From sequence record OM718002.1: a stretch of 64,000 nucleotides of DNA; one strand, written 5' to 3'. The position numbers and the translations under genes were made by a program. Positions within the stretch are counted from its first letter, which is position 1; each line of letters begins with the position of its first letter. Positions 8,758-18,288 of this stretch are shown in pieces. The notes under the pieces are model-generated. The model did not search any database. It saw nothing but the letters and a program-made list of their open reading frames with translations, and was not told the origin of the DNA.

Positions 8758-9411
8758 TTAACTTTTATCCAGATGTCTATTACGAGTGCGTTCCACTGCT
8801 GTAGGTTCGACAGTGGCTCGCGGTAGATAAGTAATCTCCGGGAAAGTCTTATTAAGAGCATCTTCAATTAGCTCTTTAGCAATCTCTGCTTCGATGTAAT
8901 GGTTTAGAATAATACCACGATGATACAGGAAGAAGCTGTATTCATCATAACCATGGCGAAGACTTACTTTACCACGATACCCACCATAGGTTAGAGTATC
9001 TTCGTTAATTTCATTCCGATAAATATCAAGTTGGATATTATTTTGAAGATGCATTTGAATGAAGTCATTACTATCACCGCCGAATAGGGTTGGTCGTTTC
9101 CGACCAGTAACAACATCTTGGATGGAATCCATTAGTCGGTTAATGTCTGTTTCTAATCGTTGGATATCACATTGAGAATTCATTGCTTCATGGAAACGAG
9201 TTACAACTGCATTGAATTCTTCTTCAGTCCAACCACTGGTACGTTTTTCATAATCAACAATGATAATACCGAACCAGGCATAACCGTTAGAATGTTTTAC
9301 TTTAACACATAGATGAGGTACATTATCAGCACCTGACTGATGGTTAACAGTGTAATTATTATTACGGCTGATTACTAGTTTGATAAAAGGTAGACTAATG
9401 ATTGACGCCAT
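8758..9411 (-). CDS. Hypothetical protein
   Basis: 217-aa ORF, AAGGA SD. Confidence 0.75.
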   Translation of the reverse strand: MASIISLPFIKLVISRNNNYTVNHQSGADNVPHLCVKVKHSNGYAWFGIIIVDYEKRTSGWTEEEFNAVVTRFHEAMNSQCDIQRLETDINRLMDSIQDVVTGRKRPTLFGGDSNDFIQMHLQNNIQLDIYRNEINEDTLTYGGYRGKVSLRHGYDEYSFFLYHRGIILNHYIEAEIAKELIEDALNKTFPEITYLPRATVEPTAVERTRNRHLDKS

Positions 9412-9559
9412 GGAAATATTCCTTTTGTATTTTTTAAATTAAAGTAGGAGTTATTATTGAGTTTCAACTCAATACATCAATAACTCCAGTATGTTTTCAA
9501 AATTAAATACATGTATTTACAGTTACATTGTAACCAGTTAGTTTTGCCAACAATACAAA

Positions 9560-9748
9560 TTAGCGAACCTGTTCGATTTTTTCAGAAACAATGAAAATAT
9601 GTGCAATACGATCCTCATCAACATACCGATATCGAAATGAGGTATAACTAGATGACACATCCGTATCGTTTAAATAGGTGATATTAAAATCATCTACTTC
9701 CCTACCATTAGCAGCCGCAACGGTATTTAGAATGTTGAGTAGACTCAT
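9560..9748 (-). CDS. Hypothetical protein
   Basis: 62-aa ORF, AAGGA SD. Confidence 0.7.
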   Translation of the reverse strand: MSLLNILNTVAAANGREVDDFNITYLNDTDVSSSYTSFRYRYVDEDRIAHIFIVSEKIEQVR

Positions 9749-9771
9749 TTTACAGATTCCTTTTTAGTATA

Positions 9772-11298
9772 TTAATATTTCAATAGACTATTGATAAAAG
9801 CATTAGGGTCATAACGGTTATTTGAAAAAGCCGCCATTACATCACACCCTGGCTGATCTTTAAATCTGATATCTTCAGGAATATCGAAGTCAGGGAACAT
9901 TAGTTTAATATACTCCCTAACTTCTTGATCTCGTAGATATGGAATCTCCACCATGTAATCAACGCGACCTTTCCTTAGAAGTGCTTTATCAATATTCTCA
10001 GGATGGTTTGTAGTTAGAATGGTCATAGTCTCATCTAGTGGAACAATGCCATCTAGCCCATTTAATAGAGCTGACAAAGTTAATCCGCTAGCTGGTTGTT
10101 CATACGTGATTCCATTCTTCATGCACTTCTTTAATTTCCACCATCGGCGAATTGTGGTAAATAATGGATCTTTTTCATCGGCCCATTTTGAAACACCCAG
10201 TTCAGCCATAGCATAAGCACTTATCCCAAAACCTTGATCATCGCTATTTTCATCAAAGATATAGATGGTGTCATTAAACCCAACTACAGAGTATCCTTCA
10301 TAGTCATCTTTAAGATCAACCCATGCAGACGGATATTTTTCAATTAAATCAATAAAAGAATATTTCCTCTCTAATTCCTTTATCTCTTTATCTAGTTTTA
10401 CAGGATCATTTAAAACACGATCTTTAACTGCCGGGGTATCATCGAAATCTTCAATTAGAAGAATATTACCTTTAGGTAGTGTAGTAAATGCCCGCCTAAG
10501 ACTATCATTGGTCATAGAGGCTAATGACAGTGCACTAACATTTTTATTAAAATGTGAGGCAATCGCTTTACTGATTGAGGTTTTACCAGTACCAGGAGGA
10601 CCTGTTAGAACACAAGTGAATTTATAGGGTAGTCCACGATCATCGTACCATTTCCGATCAGAATAGAATTCTTCAATCTTATTAAGGAATTCTTCTTTGA
10701 TCTCTTTACGCAAAATCACCGTGTTGATATCGCGTTTAGTAACTTCAATCTCATTGCCCCAACGGTTACCATCCCAATGTGAAATAGTCAGACCCCTTTC
10801 ATTTGGGCGCCAATGGTAAGCATCTACTAAATCAATAATTAGTTTACTACTCCTAGATAATCCACGGATAGTAATATCCATTTGATCTCGACTGGCATTT
10901 TGACTATCCCGGCGTGCTTTTACAAACCAGAATAACCTACCTTTAAACAGAAAGAAATGTAAGCCAAAACCAACACCAATTTTCTGTTTAGTTGCACTAT
11001 AACTTTGCTCATCAACATTAGTTGAAAAACGTCGATTAAATCCAGCTAATGGCTGCTTAATATACCATTCCATGAAACAATCAAAGTTCTTCTCGTTCAG
11101 CCCATTACCCATGTTGGTAATATGTAGACTAACTGTAAACTGATTTAATGCGAACCTAGCTAGTTTACTTGGTAAGCCTCTTAGAGTGGTCCAGAATAAA
11201 CCACCAATTGCCATTCCGATAGCTCCACCCATAACCATATTCTTCTGAGAGATATCGATGAACATGGCGTAATATTGCAATAAGGTTTCTATAATCAT
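9772..11298 (-). CDS. BCS1-like membrane-anchored AAA+ ATPase
   Basis: N-terminal TM, BCS1_N-like GFGLHFFLFKGRLFW, Walker A GPPGTGKT, Walker B LLIEDFD, LSALLNGLDG, SRH ALLRKGRVD. Confidence 0.85.
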   Translation of the reverse strand: MIIETLLQYYAMFIDISQKNMVMGGAIGMAIGGLFWTTLRGLPSKLARFALNQFTVSLHITNMGNGLNEKNFDCFMEWYIKQPLAGFNRRFSTNVDEQSYSATKQKIGVGFGLHFFLFKGRLFWFVKARRDSQNASRDQMDITIRGLSRSSKLIIDLVDAYHWRPNERGLTISHWDGNRWGNEIEVTKRDINTVILRKEIKEEFLNKIEEFYSDRKWYDDRGLPYKFTCVLTGPPGTGKTSISKAIASHFNKNVSALSLASMTNDSLRRAFTTLPKGNILLIEDFDDTPAVKDRVLNDPVKLDKEIKELERKYSFIDLIEKYPSAWVDLKDDYEGYSVVGFNDTIYIFDENSDDQGFGISAYAMAELGVSKWADEKDPLFTTIRRWWKLKKCMKNGITYEQPASGLTLSALLNGLDGIVPLDETMTILTTNHPENIDKALLRKGRVDYMVEIPYLRDQEVREYIKLMFPDFDIPEDIRFKDQPGCDVMAAFSNNRYDPNAFINSLLKY

Positions 11299-12080
11299 AC
11301 TAGCATCCCTCTGGATAGCTTAGGAAAATATTGTCCACAGATCATGTATTCACGTTCTAGAAAATCTAGAGTATGACTTTCAAATATTTCACCTACATCT
11401 TTACCATAGATTTCCGTATACCCATTTTTGAATACGGCCATTACATAAACATCAGACATAGTCATGCCGTAGTTATAAATTTGATTGTCTCTGTATTTTG
11501 GATGAAATAGGTCATATAAAAAACGAGTCATTGAACTATTGGCAACAGTTGTCACCCCTTTCTGCTTTAAGGCATAACGTACTTGTTTAACCACATAGTT
11601 AACTTTAGAGCGCTCGCCAAATACCGTCAGTTTATCTACATTGCAATTACGATATCCCATAACATCAGGATTAGCTATCACGGTGTGTTTTGGAACACGT
11701 ACATCAAAGATAATGCCATTAGGGGATAGAATAATCTTTTCATGGTTAAATAGAACATGAAATAAATGTCGTTCTGGTTTAGTGATTTTGATACTTAACC
11801 CAATCACCCCACTAATCTTTCTTTCTAGATCCTCTAGTGACTGCATCACCATGTGATATTGATTGAAGAAAGCATTGTTCTTATATTGATCTAACTCAAA
11901 GTATTTCCAACTTCCACGAAAATGAATAGCATGGCTTTTGGTATAACCTTTAGTTAATCGGCACTTGAGTTTGTCAAACCAGCTTTCAAGATAACCTTCG
12001 ACTGTAAAACCAAGTGGGTTATTATTAATCAGTTTATTGGGATATGATAAGCTAAATCTGTACATAGTTCGACGATGCAT
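11295..12080 (-). CDS. Hypothetical protein
   Basis: 261-aa ORF overlapping the next start (ATGA). Confidence 0.75.
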   Translation of the reverse strand: MHRRTMYRFSLSYPNKLINNNPLGFTVEGYLESWFDKLKCRLTKGYTKSHAIHFRGSWKYFELDQYKNNAFFNQYHMVMQSLEDLERKISGVIGLSIKITKPERHLFHVLFNHEKIILSPNGIIFDVRVPKHTVIANPDVMGYRNCNVDKLTVFGERSKVNYVVKQVRYALKQKGVTTVANSSMTRFLYDLFHPKYRDNQIYNYGMTMSDVYVMAVFKNGYTEIYGKDVGEIFESHTLDFLEREYMICGQYFPKLSRGMLV

Positions 12081-12110
12081 TTTATATTCCTGCCAAATAA
12101 AGAAAAAAAT

Positions 12111-12132
12111 AAAGGGCTCCGAAGAGCCCTTT
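12111..12132 (-). terminator. cUUCGg-type terminator
   Basis: aaagggctc-cgaa-gagcccttt. Confidence 0.8.
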
Positions 12133-12137
12133 ATATA

Positions 12138-13010
12138 TTAGATTTTTACAGACCAGTGTTGCTCGAATTCCTGATATAGGAAATTGTCGGATGCATTATC
12201 CCAATTTTCTCGATCGGTTACACCATAATAATGGAATTCTAGTTCAGTAGGTCCACCAACAAAACCATTCTTAGCATAGCTATAAACTTTGCCATTGGTT
12301 AGCTTAATAAGTACATCCACATAGAAACTATTACGGTTCCATATTTCATTGTGGATGTACTTAAATACCACACTGTGGATATACTTAAATTGCGCACTTG
12401 GTTTTCCGAGTACACTCCAATAGAATTTACGGATACCTATTTCGGTCTTGAAATTAAACTCTCCGTTGCGAATGTTGTTAGAAACAATACGTGCCAGTTT
12501 ATTAACCCGATTTTCTTCACCGATTAGATAGATCCCGGAAACACTACATCCATCTCCTATTGATCCATTATTAACTAGTGGATCAACACCATATTCATCA
12601 GTGAAAATGGTTTTGATAACCTCTTTACCTTCTCGACGCACTAACATATTCAGGTGACCATCTTCGATATATGACATATGGCTAGGCTGAATATATTCAC
12701 TTGTATCGACGATAACATCATTCGCCATTACATTAAACTGTAGATGGTTTACCAGATCACTAATACCTTTAAAACGAATGGCTTGGTTCGCTGTATTTAG
12801 ATCGACATACACCACGACATCAATAATGCCTTGTTTTAGTGATTTGTCATCTTTGTCAGTAGTTGTATCAATTTTTACGTAATTTTGATATAGTTCACTA
12901 AAACAAGATATGATGTCATCATGTAGTTTAATTACATCAGATCCATTTCGTTCAAGCGCTTTAAGCGATACGTTAAAACCAATACGAATTTTATTAGAAC
13001 GACGTGCCAT
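12138..13010 (-). CDS. Hypothetical protein
   Basis: 290-aa ORF, AGGTG SD. Confidence 0.75.
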   Translation of the reverse strand: MARRSNKIRIGFNVSLKALERNGSDVIKLHDDIISCFSELYQNYVKIDTTTDKDDKSLKQGIIDVVVYVDLNTANQAIRFKGISDLVNHLQFNVMANDVIVDTSEYIQPSHMSYIEDGHLNMLVRREGKEVIKTIFTDEYGVDPLVNNGSIGDGCSVSGIYLIGEENRVNKLARIVSNNIRNGEFNFKTEIGIRKFYWSVLGKPSAQFKYIHSVVFKYIHNEIWNRNSFYVDVLIKLTNGKVYSYAKNGFVGGPTELEFHYYGVTDRENWDNASDNFLYQEFEQHWSVKI

Positions 13011-13051
13011 GGTTATATCACCTATGTTAAATTAATGAATTATTTATTCAA

Positions 13052-13414
13052 TTACCGTACTACATCTGTGATTAGAATAAGTTCACCATCACTATTGATA
13101 ACACTATAGCTTTTTACAATTTCGATGCGCTTACTAATAATCTTATTCTCTAGATCTACTTTTACGATATTAACACGAATTACCTTATTCGATTGATCAT
13201 GCATTTCTTTAAAAATGCATTCGATATTTTTACCAATGACAGCTTTTAATTTTTCAATGCTGTCAATGGATGAATATTTAAAACTATATGCTTCTGCCAG
13301 GGTTTTTGCATTACCCACAACCGTAGTTAGGGTACCCCAATAATCATAAACATACAACGCAGTATCACTATTGGGATTATCGATAATTTCAATTATAAAA
13401 TCCACTTGTATCAC
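13052..13414 (-). CDS. Hypothetical protein
   Basis: First gene after the early promoter at 13442; AGGAG SD. Confidence 0.7.
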   Translation of the reverse strand: MIQVDFIIEIIDNPNSDTALYVYDYWGTLTTVVGNAKTLAEAYSFKYSSIDSIEKLKAVIGKNIECIFKEMHDQSNKVIRVNIVKVDLENKIISKRIEIVKSYSVINSDGELILITDVVR

Positions 13415-13441
13415 TCCTATTAGTTTATTGATAGTACACTT

Positions 13442-13449
13442 GTAATATA
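13442..13449 (-). promoter_or_regulatory. phiKZ-type early promoter TATATTAC
   Basis: Exact octamer, intergenic, AT-rich upstream. Confidence 0.8.
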
Positions 13450-13469
13450 GATCTTAAATAAATTATGAT

Positions 13470-13934
13470 CTAACCATTTAAAATAGATAAAGCCTCTATA
13501 TGCCAATGGTGTATTAGTTCTTCTTTACTAATAATATTATTGAAGTAGTTTAACCGATGTGATACCATTAATTTAGAATGCATATCGACTTCACTACTTA
13601 CCTTAATCACCCCAGTCTCTAATAATTGCAGAGAGCCAACATACGCAAATAAAGTTGGTTTTAAATACCAGTGTTCCCTATATTGTTTTTGATCAGGTAC
13701 ATTTCCTATAATGTAGTCAGTAGAATTACTTCGGTATGCGTAAATAGTTGATTTAGAACCAAGTAAATTAAGATCGATATCATAACTCCCGCTTTTAGCT
13801 GCAATACATTCAATAACTGATGGGGCCACACATATACGGTTGGTTACACTGTCTTCGCCATCAGCTCTATTACTTGGAATATATGGCCTTAATAAAACAT
13901 AATCCCCAAGGTATACTGTCGATATGTGATACAT
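13470..13934 (-). CDS. Phage protein, possible ADP-ribosyltransferase-like fold
   Basis: MYHIS...P.IP....GED...RICVAPS pattern. Confidence 0.4.
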   Translation of the reverse strand: MYHISTVYLGDYVLLRPYIPSNRADGEDSVTNRICVAPSVIECIAAKSGSYDIDLNLLGSKSTIYAYRSNSTDYIIGNVPDQKQYREHWYLKPTLFAYVGSLQLLETGVIKVSSEVDMHSKLMVSHRLNYFNNIISKEELIHHWHIEALSILNG

Positions 13935-13949
13935 AATTAACCTATTTAA

Positions 13950-14465
13950 TTAAAACAGATAACGCTCTGTTACTGAACGATATTGTGACATGATGTTTAA
14001 TGGATCAACATCCACTGGTGCTTTAGTGACAGTTAAGCGAGCACCTTTTAAAAATTCACCAATATCTAATTTCCTTACAGTAACATCATGGATAGTGTTT
14101 TTCGTAATCCACTCAGTATCAATGCTATTGTGAGGATTATTATTCTTAATCCATTTGTCAGAGTCCCTAAATGGAATGGTATAAACATACACAACCATTT
14201 TTAAAATATCACTTTTATCGATATTATTTTGACAATAGATTGTAATATCCCTATCAACAGTAGCATATCTATCACTATCAAATAACTTTTCGATAGCGCT
14301 ACCAATACCTAAATAAGATGCATCTTTTTCAGATGACGTTGCATATAGGTATTGGTTAGACTCAATACCATCCCACATAACAAGTTCACCAGATCTTTTA
14401 AATCCTGGCATTAATTCGTCTTGTTTATACAGAGAACCATGGTAAAGTAATTCTGGTTTATTCAT
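13950..14465 (-). CDS. Putative ADP-ribosyltransferase-fold protein
   Basis: LYHGS near the N-terminus and YLYATS strand, as in Arr/PARP-like ART folds. Confidence 0.45.
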   Translation of the reverse strand: MNKPELLYHGSLYKQDELMPGFKRSGELVMWDGIESNQYLYATSSEKDASYLGIGSAIEKLFDSDRYATVDRDITIYCQNNIDKSDILKMVVYVYTIPFRDSDKWIKNNNPHNSIDTEWITKNTIHDVTVRKLDIGEFLKGARLTVTKAPVDVDPLNIMSQYRSVTERYLF

Positions 14466-14565
14466 AATAAATTCCTTTTAGTGAATCTATATTGTGGACA
14501 CTATAAATAATATCCACAATATAAAATCCACTGTGCTTTATAAGGGTTATGGTTATCAATTAACT

Positions 14566-14922
14566 TCAAGGTAGTAGTGTGGCAGTATTGAAGTGATTGG
14601 TTACTGCTTCGATCAGCATTTGCTCGATGTTGATTTTGTAGTATTCTGGTTCTTCGTTCAATTCCCAAATAATAGTCGCACGTAATAGTGCAGGTGCTAT
14701 GAATCTAACTACCTTACCATGTGTGTCAAACTCTACATTGAACATTGCATATTGTTCAGTAGTATGATTTTTATAGAAAATGAAATTACCAGCGTAACTG
14801 CGAACCTCTATTTCACCATGAATACTGGAGTAGGTTTCCTGGTGGAATACTTTACCTTTAAGGCGTGTATTCTCTTCAATGATATTTACCAATTCTTTCA
14901 ATTTGTCTTTATCTAGTTGCAT
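14566..14922 (-). CDS. Hypothetical protein
   Basis: ORF tiling the minus-strand run. Confidence 0.7.
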   Translation of the reverse strand: MQLDKDKLKELVNIIEENTRLKGKVFHQETYSSIHGEIEVRSYAGNFIFYKNHTTEQYAMFNVEFDTHGKVVRFIAPALLRATIIWELNEEPEYYKINIEQMLIEAVTNHFNTATLLP

Positions 14923-14962
14923 TTGTAGGTTCCTATTAATAAATGTATACGATGGATAACTT

Positions 14963-15328
14963 TTACGATTTCCGGTGCTTATCCATATCTAGTTTTATAT
15001 CAGTATATATCTTGAATCTATTAGATAGGCTATCCATATCTACGCGCAATGCCCGAATATGCATATCAGTATCTTTTGGTTTACCTTCAGACTCCCATAC
15101 GGCCTTTGCGATATCAAATGCTACATTGTTCAAATAGTATTCGACTTCATGTTCATCAAGCAAAAGAGCATCATGGAAACCAATACGTGATAGAATGGCG
15201 TAATCACGCTGATTAACATCTCTCCAATCTTTACGCACTAAGTAACTTTTACCAATTCCATCTTTTTTACAACTTTTACTAATAATTTCTATAATGAACT
15301 TATCATGCCATTTATAATCCATAATCAT
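14963..15328 (-). CDS. Hypothetical protein
   Basis: ORF tiling the minus-strand run; AAGGAG SD. Confidence 0.7.
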   Translation of the reverse strand: MIMDYKWHDKFIIEIISKSCKKDGIGKSYLVRKDWRDVNQRDYAILSRIGFHDALLLDEHEVEYYLNNVAFDIAKAVWESEGKPKDTDMHIRALRVDMDSLSNRFKIYTDIKLDMDKHRKS

Positions 15329-15335
15329 TACTCCT

Positions 15336-15848
15336 TTATTTAATCAGCTTCATTACTAGAGGAACAGATAGACTTATGCCATTAGCCATTTTAGCTAGAA
15401 TATGATAGACATCGTCTGCTTCTTGATTATTGGTACAAGGTATAGAAATGGCATCACCATAGTAAGGACTGTAGTTAATACGGTTGCCATATACACCACT
15501 TACAAAACTATAATCTAATCCATCCGTAGTGGTCATAATAACTACAACATGATCATCCCCAACCATACCGGATTCCAGATAGTCACATAGTTCCAGTTTT
15601 TGTTGCACACCTCGTTGACAGATCCATACTTCACGGTATTGATGATGAGGATATGGATTACATGCTACATCATTTTCACTAACGAAGTACATAGTCCCCC
15701 AGTTGTAAGACTGGAATTGGGTTGTTTGTTTGTGGGCTTCCCATACCTCTTCCATACAAAAGGTATGTTTGTTAACCCATAGACCATCGTTATTAAGACT
15801 ATCAACGATCCCATCACGGACACGTACTACACGGAGTGTTTTTGCCAT
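15336..15848 (-). CDS. Hypothetical protein
   Basis: ORF tiling the minus-strand run. Confidence 0.7.
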   Translation of the reverse strand: MAKTLRVVRVRDGIVDSLNNDGLWVNKHTFCMEEVWEAHKQTTQFQSYNWGTMYFVSENDVACNPYPHHQYREVWICQRGVQQKLELCDYLESGMVGDDHVVVIMTTTDGLDYSFVSGVYGNRINYSPYYGDAISIPCTNNQEADDVYHILAKMANGISLSVPLVMKLIK

Positions 15849-15880
15849 TTTTAATTATCCTAAATACATAAAGGAATCAC

Positions 15881-16342
15881 TTAGTAAACACCATTGACAA
15901 TAGCATCGCGGAAACGAGACCATTCCGTTTGACCAACTACGAATACTCGTTCTTTAGGACGCCATAGATGATCACCGCAGTCAAGACCCAAGTAAAGCAT
16001 ATTGGTTTTCCAATGATTGCGATGAACACGTAGTTTAGCTGATACACTGAACTCACACATTACTTCATTTACATCAAGATGTGTTAGTGTATCACTAATC
16101 ATACCTGACATACTGATACCAATTGATTTACGAACTCGGATTAGATCCTCAGTCATCACCCGCCAAGTTACCAGATGCTCGTAATACTCATCTGGGGTCA
16201 TGTTGTTTTTATAATTCAGTGCACCTGGAGTCATTGACATCCAGTTAGTGAACTGGGAAGTCATGTAATACATCCAATCACTATTATGACGGAGTTCTTT
16301 AAGCTTCTCTTGTATTACGATATTAGTAGTTGCTTTAGTCAT
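15881..16342 (-). CDS. Hypothetical protein
   Basis: ORF overlapping the upstream stop. Confidence 0.7.
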   Translation of the reverse strand: MTKATTNIVIQEKLKELRHNSDWMYYMTSQFTNWMSMTPGALNYKNNMTPDEYYEHLVTWRVMTEDLIRVRKSIGISMSGMISDTLTHLDVNEVMCEFSVSAKLRVHRNHWKTNMLYLGLDCGDHLWRPKERVFVVGQTEWSRFRDAIVNGVY

Positions 16343-16775
16343 CTACGTAACCCTCATCAGATACATAAGTACGTTCAGGGCTGAACACATATTTGATGTT
16401 ATTAATTACAGCTGTGATATAAACCTGATATTCTTTTGAAATAGATTCCATCAGTTCAATAGATACGGAATTTGAACTCTGAATAAGTTTATTTACTTTC
16501 TTTAGTTCATCAAATTCTAACCGACCGTAGATTACACCAACATCTCTGAAACTGATAACTGGATAGTGTTTCCAAATATAACAATTCAGTTTACCAAGAT
16601 GAATTACTTGAATTGTTTCATCGCACCATTGTTTCTTTTTCTTATTGTAGTATTCAACACGACGTTCGATGAAGACGCGAGTACCAGAAACAGAGGTGTA
16701 CGCATTCAGTTCATAACCATACTTATGGTCAACGTTATTTGGGTCTTGGCGCCATTTTGGGATGAACGCTTTCAT
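16335..16775 (-). CDS. Hypothetical protein
   Basis: ORF tiling the minus-strand run. Confidence 0.7.
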   Translation of the reverse strand: MKAFIPKWRQDPNNVDHKYGYELNAYTSVSGTRVFIERRVEYYNKKKKQWCDETIQVIHLGKLNCYIWKHYPVISFRDVGVIYGRLEFDELKKVNKLIQSSNSVSIELMESISKEYQVYITAVINNIKYVFSPERTYVSDEGYVDD

Positions 16776-16802
16776 TTGTATTTTCCTTTTTACGAAATAG
16801 AA

Positions 16803-16820
16803 GCCCTCCCGAAGGAGGGC
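16803..16820 (-). terminator. cUUCGg terminator
   Basis: gccctcc-cgaa-ggagggc. Confidence 0.8.
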
Positions 16821-16833
16821 AATTATACCATTA

Positions 16834-17148
16834 TTAAATTACGAGTCTATATACTTCTTTTAATTTCTCACCAGGGGTAGCTAGATAATCGACATTATAT
16901 TTAATAGCAATTACACCCACAAGTTCTTTTCTCAGTAGTAGTTCTACCTGATCGCATAATTTATCGATAGCTTCATCTTCTACATCCTCGTATAATGGAT
17001 ATTGACTATAAATATTATCAGGTGTAAGTACAGACAGTTTCAATTCCCCATCTTTACCAATGACTGGGTGATATGTCTGTTTAAGACCTTTACAATGATA
17101 GTGATAGGTAATGCGCTGCTGTTTAGTGGTCATGTAAAGATACCTCAA
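16834..17148 (-). CDS. Hypothetical protein
   Basis: ORF tiling the minus-strand run. Confidence 0.65.
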   Translation of the reverse strand: MRYLYMTTKQQRITYHYHCKGLKQTYHPVIGKDGELKLSVLTPDNIYSQYPLYEDVEDEAIDKLCDQVELLLRKELVGVIAIKYNVDYLATPGEKLKEVYRLVI

Positions 17149-17666
17149 ATAAACCGTTGGGTAGTTCCGTCTTTAAAGACAGTTAGTTGATTAACATCTT
17201 TCAATGAATTATCTGCAATATTCTTAGCCAATAGCAGTAGATCATTGTGATATGTTTTAATGAGAACTTTAAGCCTCTCCCTCTGTTTATAGCGGAAACC
17301 TTTATTAATCACAGTAACTCCATCTGGGTTATTTTTATAATTCAGTACAGTGATTGGTGTATTCGGTACAAAGACGGCTAGTTCGTCATCGAATACAATG
17401 TAAACCATCACTTTATAATTATTAACCGATTCTTGGAATTGTTGTGTGATTACATTATAGTCTTTTGTGCGATGACTAAGAAATAGCTCTCTATTAGCTC
17501 GGCAGAAACTATGTCGTGCTTCTTTATCAGCACTCATAACAGCGATACCACGGATAATGAATTTATTATCTAAGGTATATTTTCTTTGAGACATTGCATA
17601 ATCGACTACATCAACATCACCGCCGAATAGTACGGCATTTTCACCATATCCACAAATAAGAGCCAT
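17145..17666 (-). CDS. Hypothetical protein
   Basis: ORF tiling the minus-strand run. Confidence 0.7.
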   Translation of the reverse strand: MALICGYGENAVLFGGDVDVVDYAMSQRKYTLDNKFIIRGIAVMSADKEARHSFCRANRELFLSHRTKDYNVITQQFQESVNNYKVMVYIVFDDELAVFVPNTPITVLNYKNNPDGVTVINKGFRYKQRERLKVLIKTYHNDLLLLAKNIADNSLKDVNQLTVFKDGTTQRFI

Positions 17667-17680
17667 TTATAATTACCTGT

Positions 17681-18040
17681 TTAAAAATTATATTCAATAA
17701 ATTGGAGAGTGAATAGTTCACTACATTCCCATGTACGACTTGCTAATTTATATTTACCTTTAACAGGTAAGTCATATTCATGTAATGCCTTTTCTACTGA
17801 ACCTGCCTCATGATTGGCTAATAGCACCTGTCTAGCTTTTATGATTTCTGAGCAATTAACTAACTCATAATCATCTCGCTTTGGTGTCCAAATGGCAACA
17901 TTGGTGCCTGGCTTTCTAGCATACCAGAGTACATCATGGCCCTCTGGATTAATAATAGAGATGTATAGCTGACGTGCAGCGGGTAACCATAAGTTACGTG
18001 GATCATATTCTCCATTAACATCAAAGAATTTAAATATCAT
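17681..18040 (-). CDS. Hypothetical protein
   Basis: ATGA overlap with the upstream gene. Confidence 0.7.
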   Translation of the reverse strand: MIFKFFDVNGEYDPRNLWLPAARQLYISIINPEGHDVLWYARKPGTNVAIWTPKRDDYELVNCSEIIKARQVLLANHEAGSVEKALHEYDLPVKGKYKLASRTWECSELFTLQFIEYNF

Positions 18041-18276
18041 AGAGTTGGAACCGGTTTTGATGGATCAGCAATTAGTGCAGATTCGTCTACATAAACCATT
18101 GCAAAGTTTTCACCTTCTTTACGAATACCAGTAGAAGGTGTTTTCGATGGATCATAAACGATAATTTGGCACTGCTGTCCAGCTGTTAAATAAGTTGGGC
18201 CAGTTAATGCATTGGGTTTTGGATGAGGAATATCAATTTTAGTAATACAATATTGACCAGTACGAAACTCACGCAT
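18037..18276 (-). CDS. Small SH3/KOW-like beta-barrel protein
   Basis: FRTGQYCITKIDI...LTAGQQCQII pattern shared with 20139, 20360 and 52725. Confidence 0.5.
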   Translation of the reverse strand: MREFRTGQYCITKIDIPHPKPNALTGPTYLTAGQQCQIIVYDPSKTPSTGIRKEGENFAMVYVDESALIADPSKPVPTL

Positions 18277-18288
18277 TATATTAACCTC

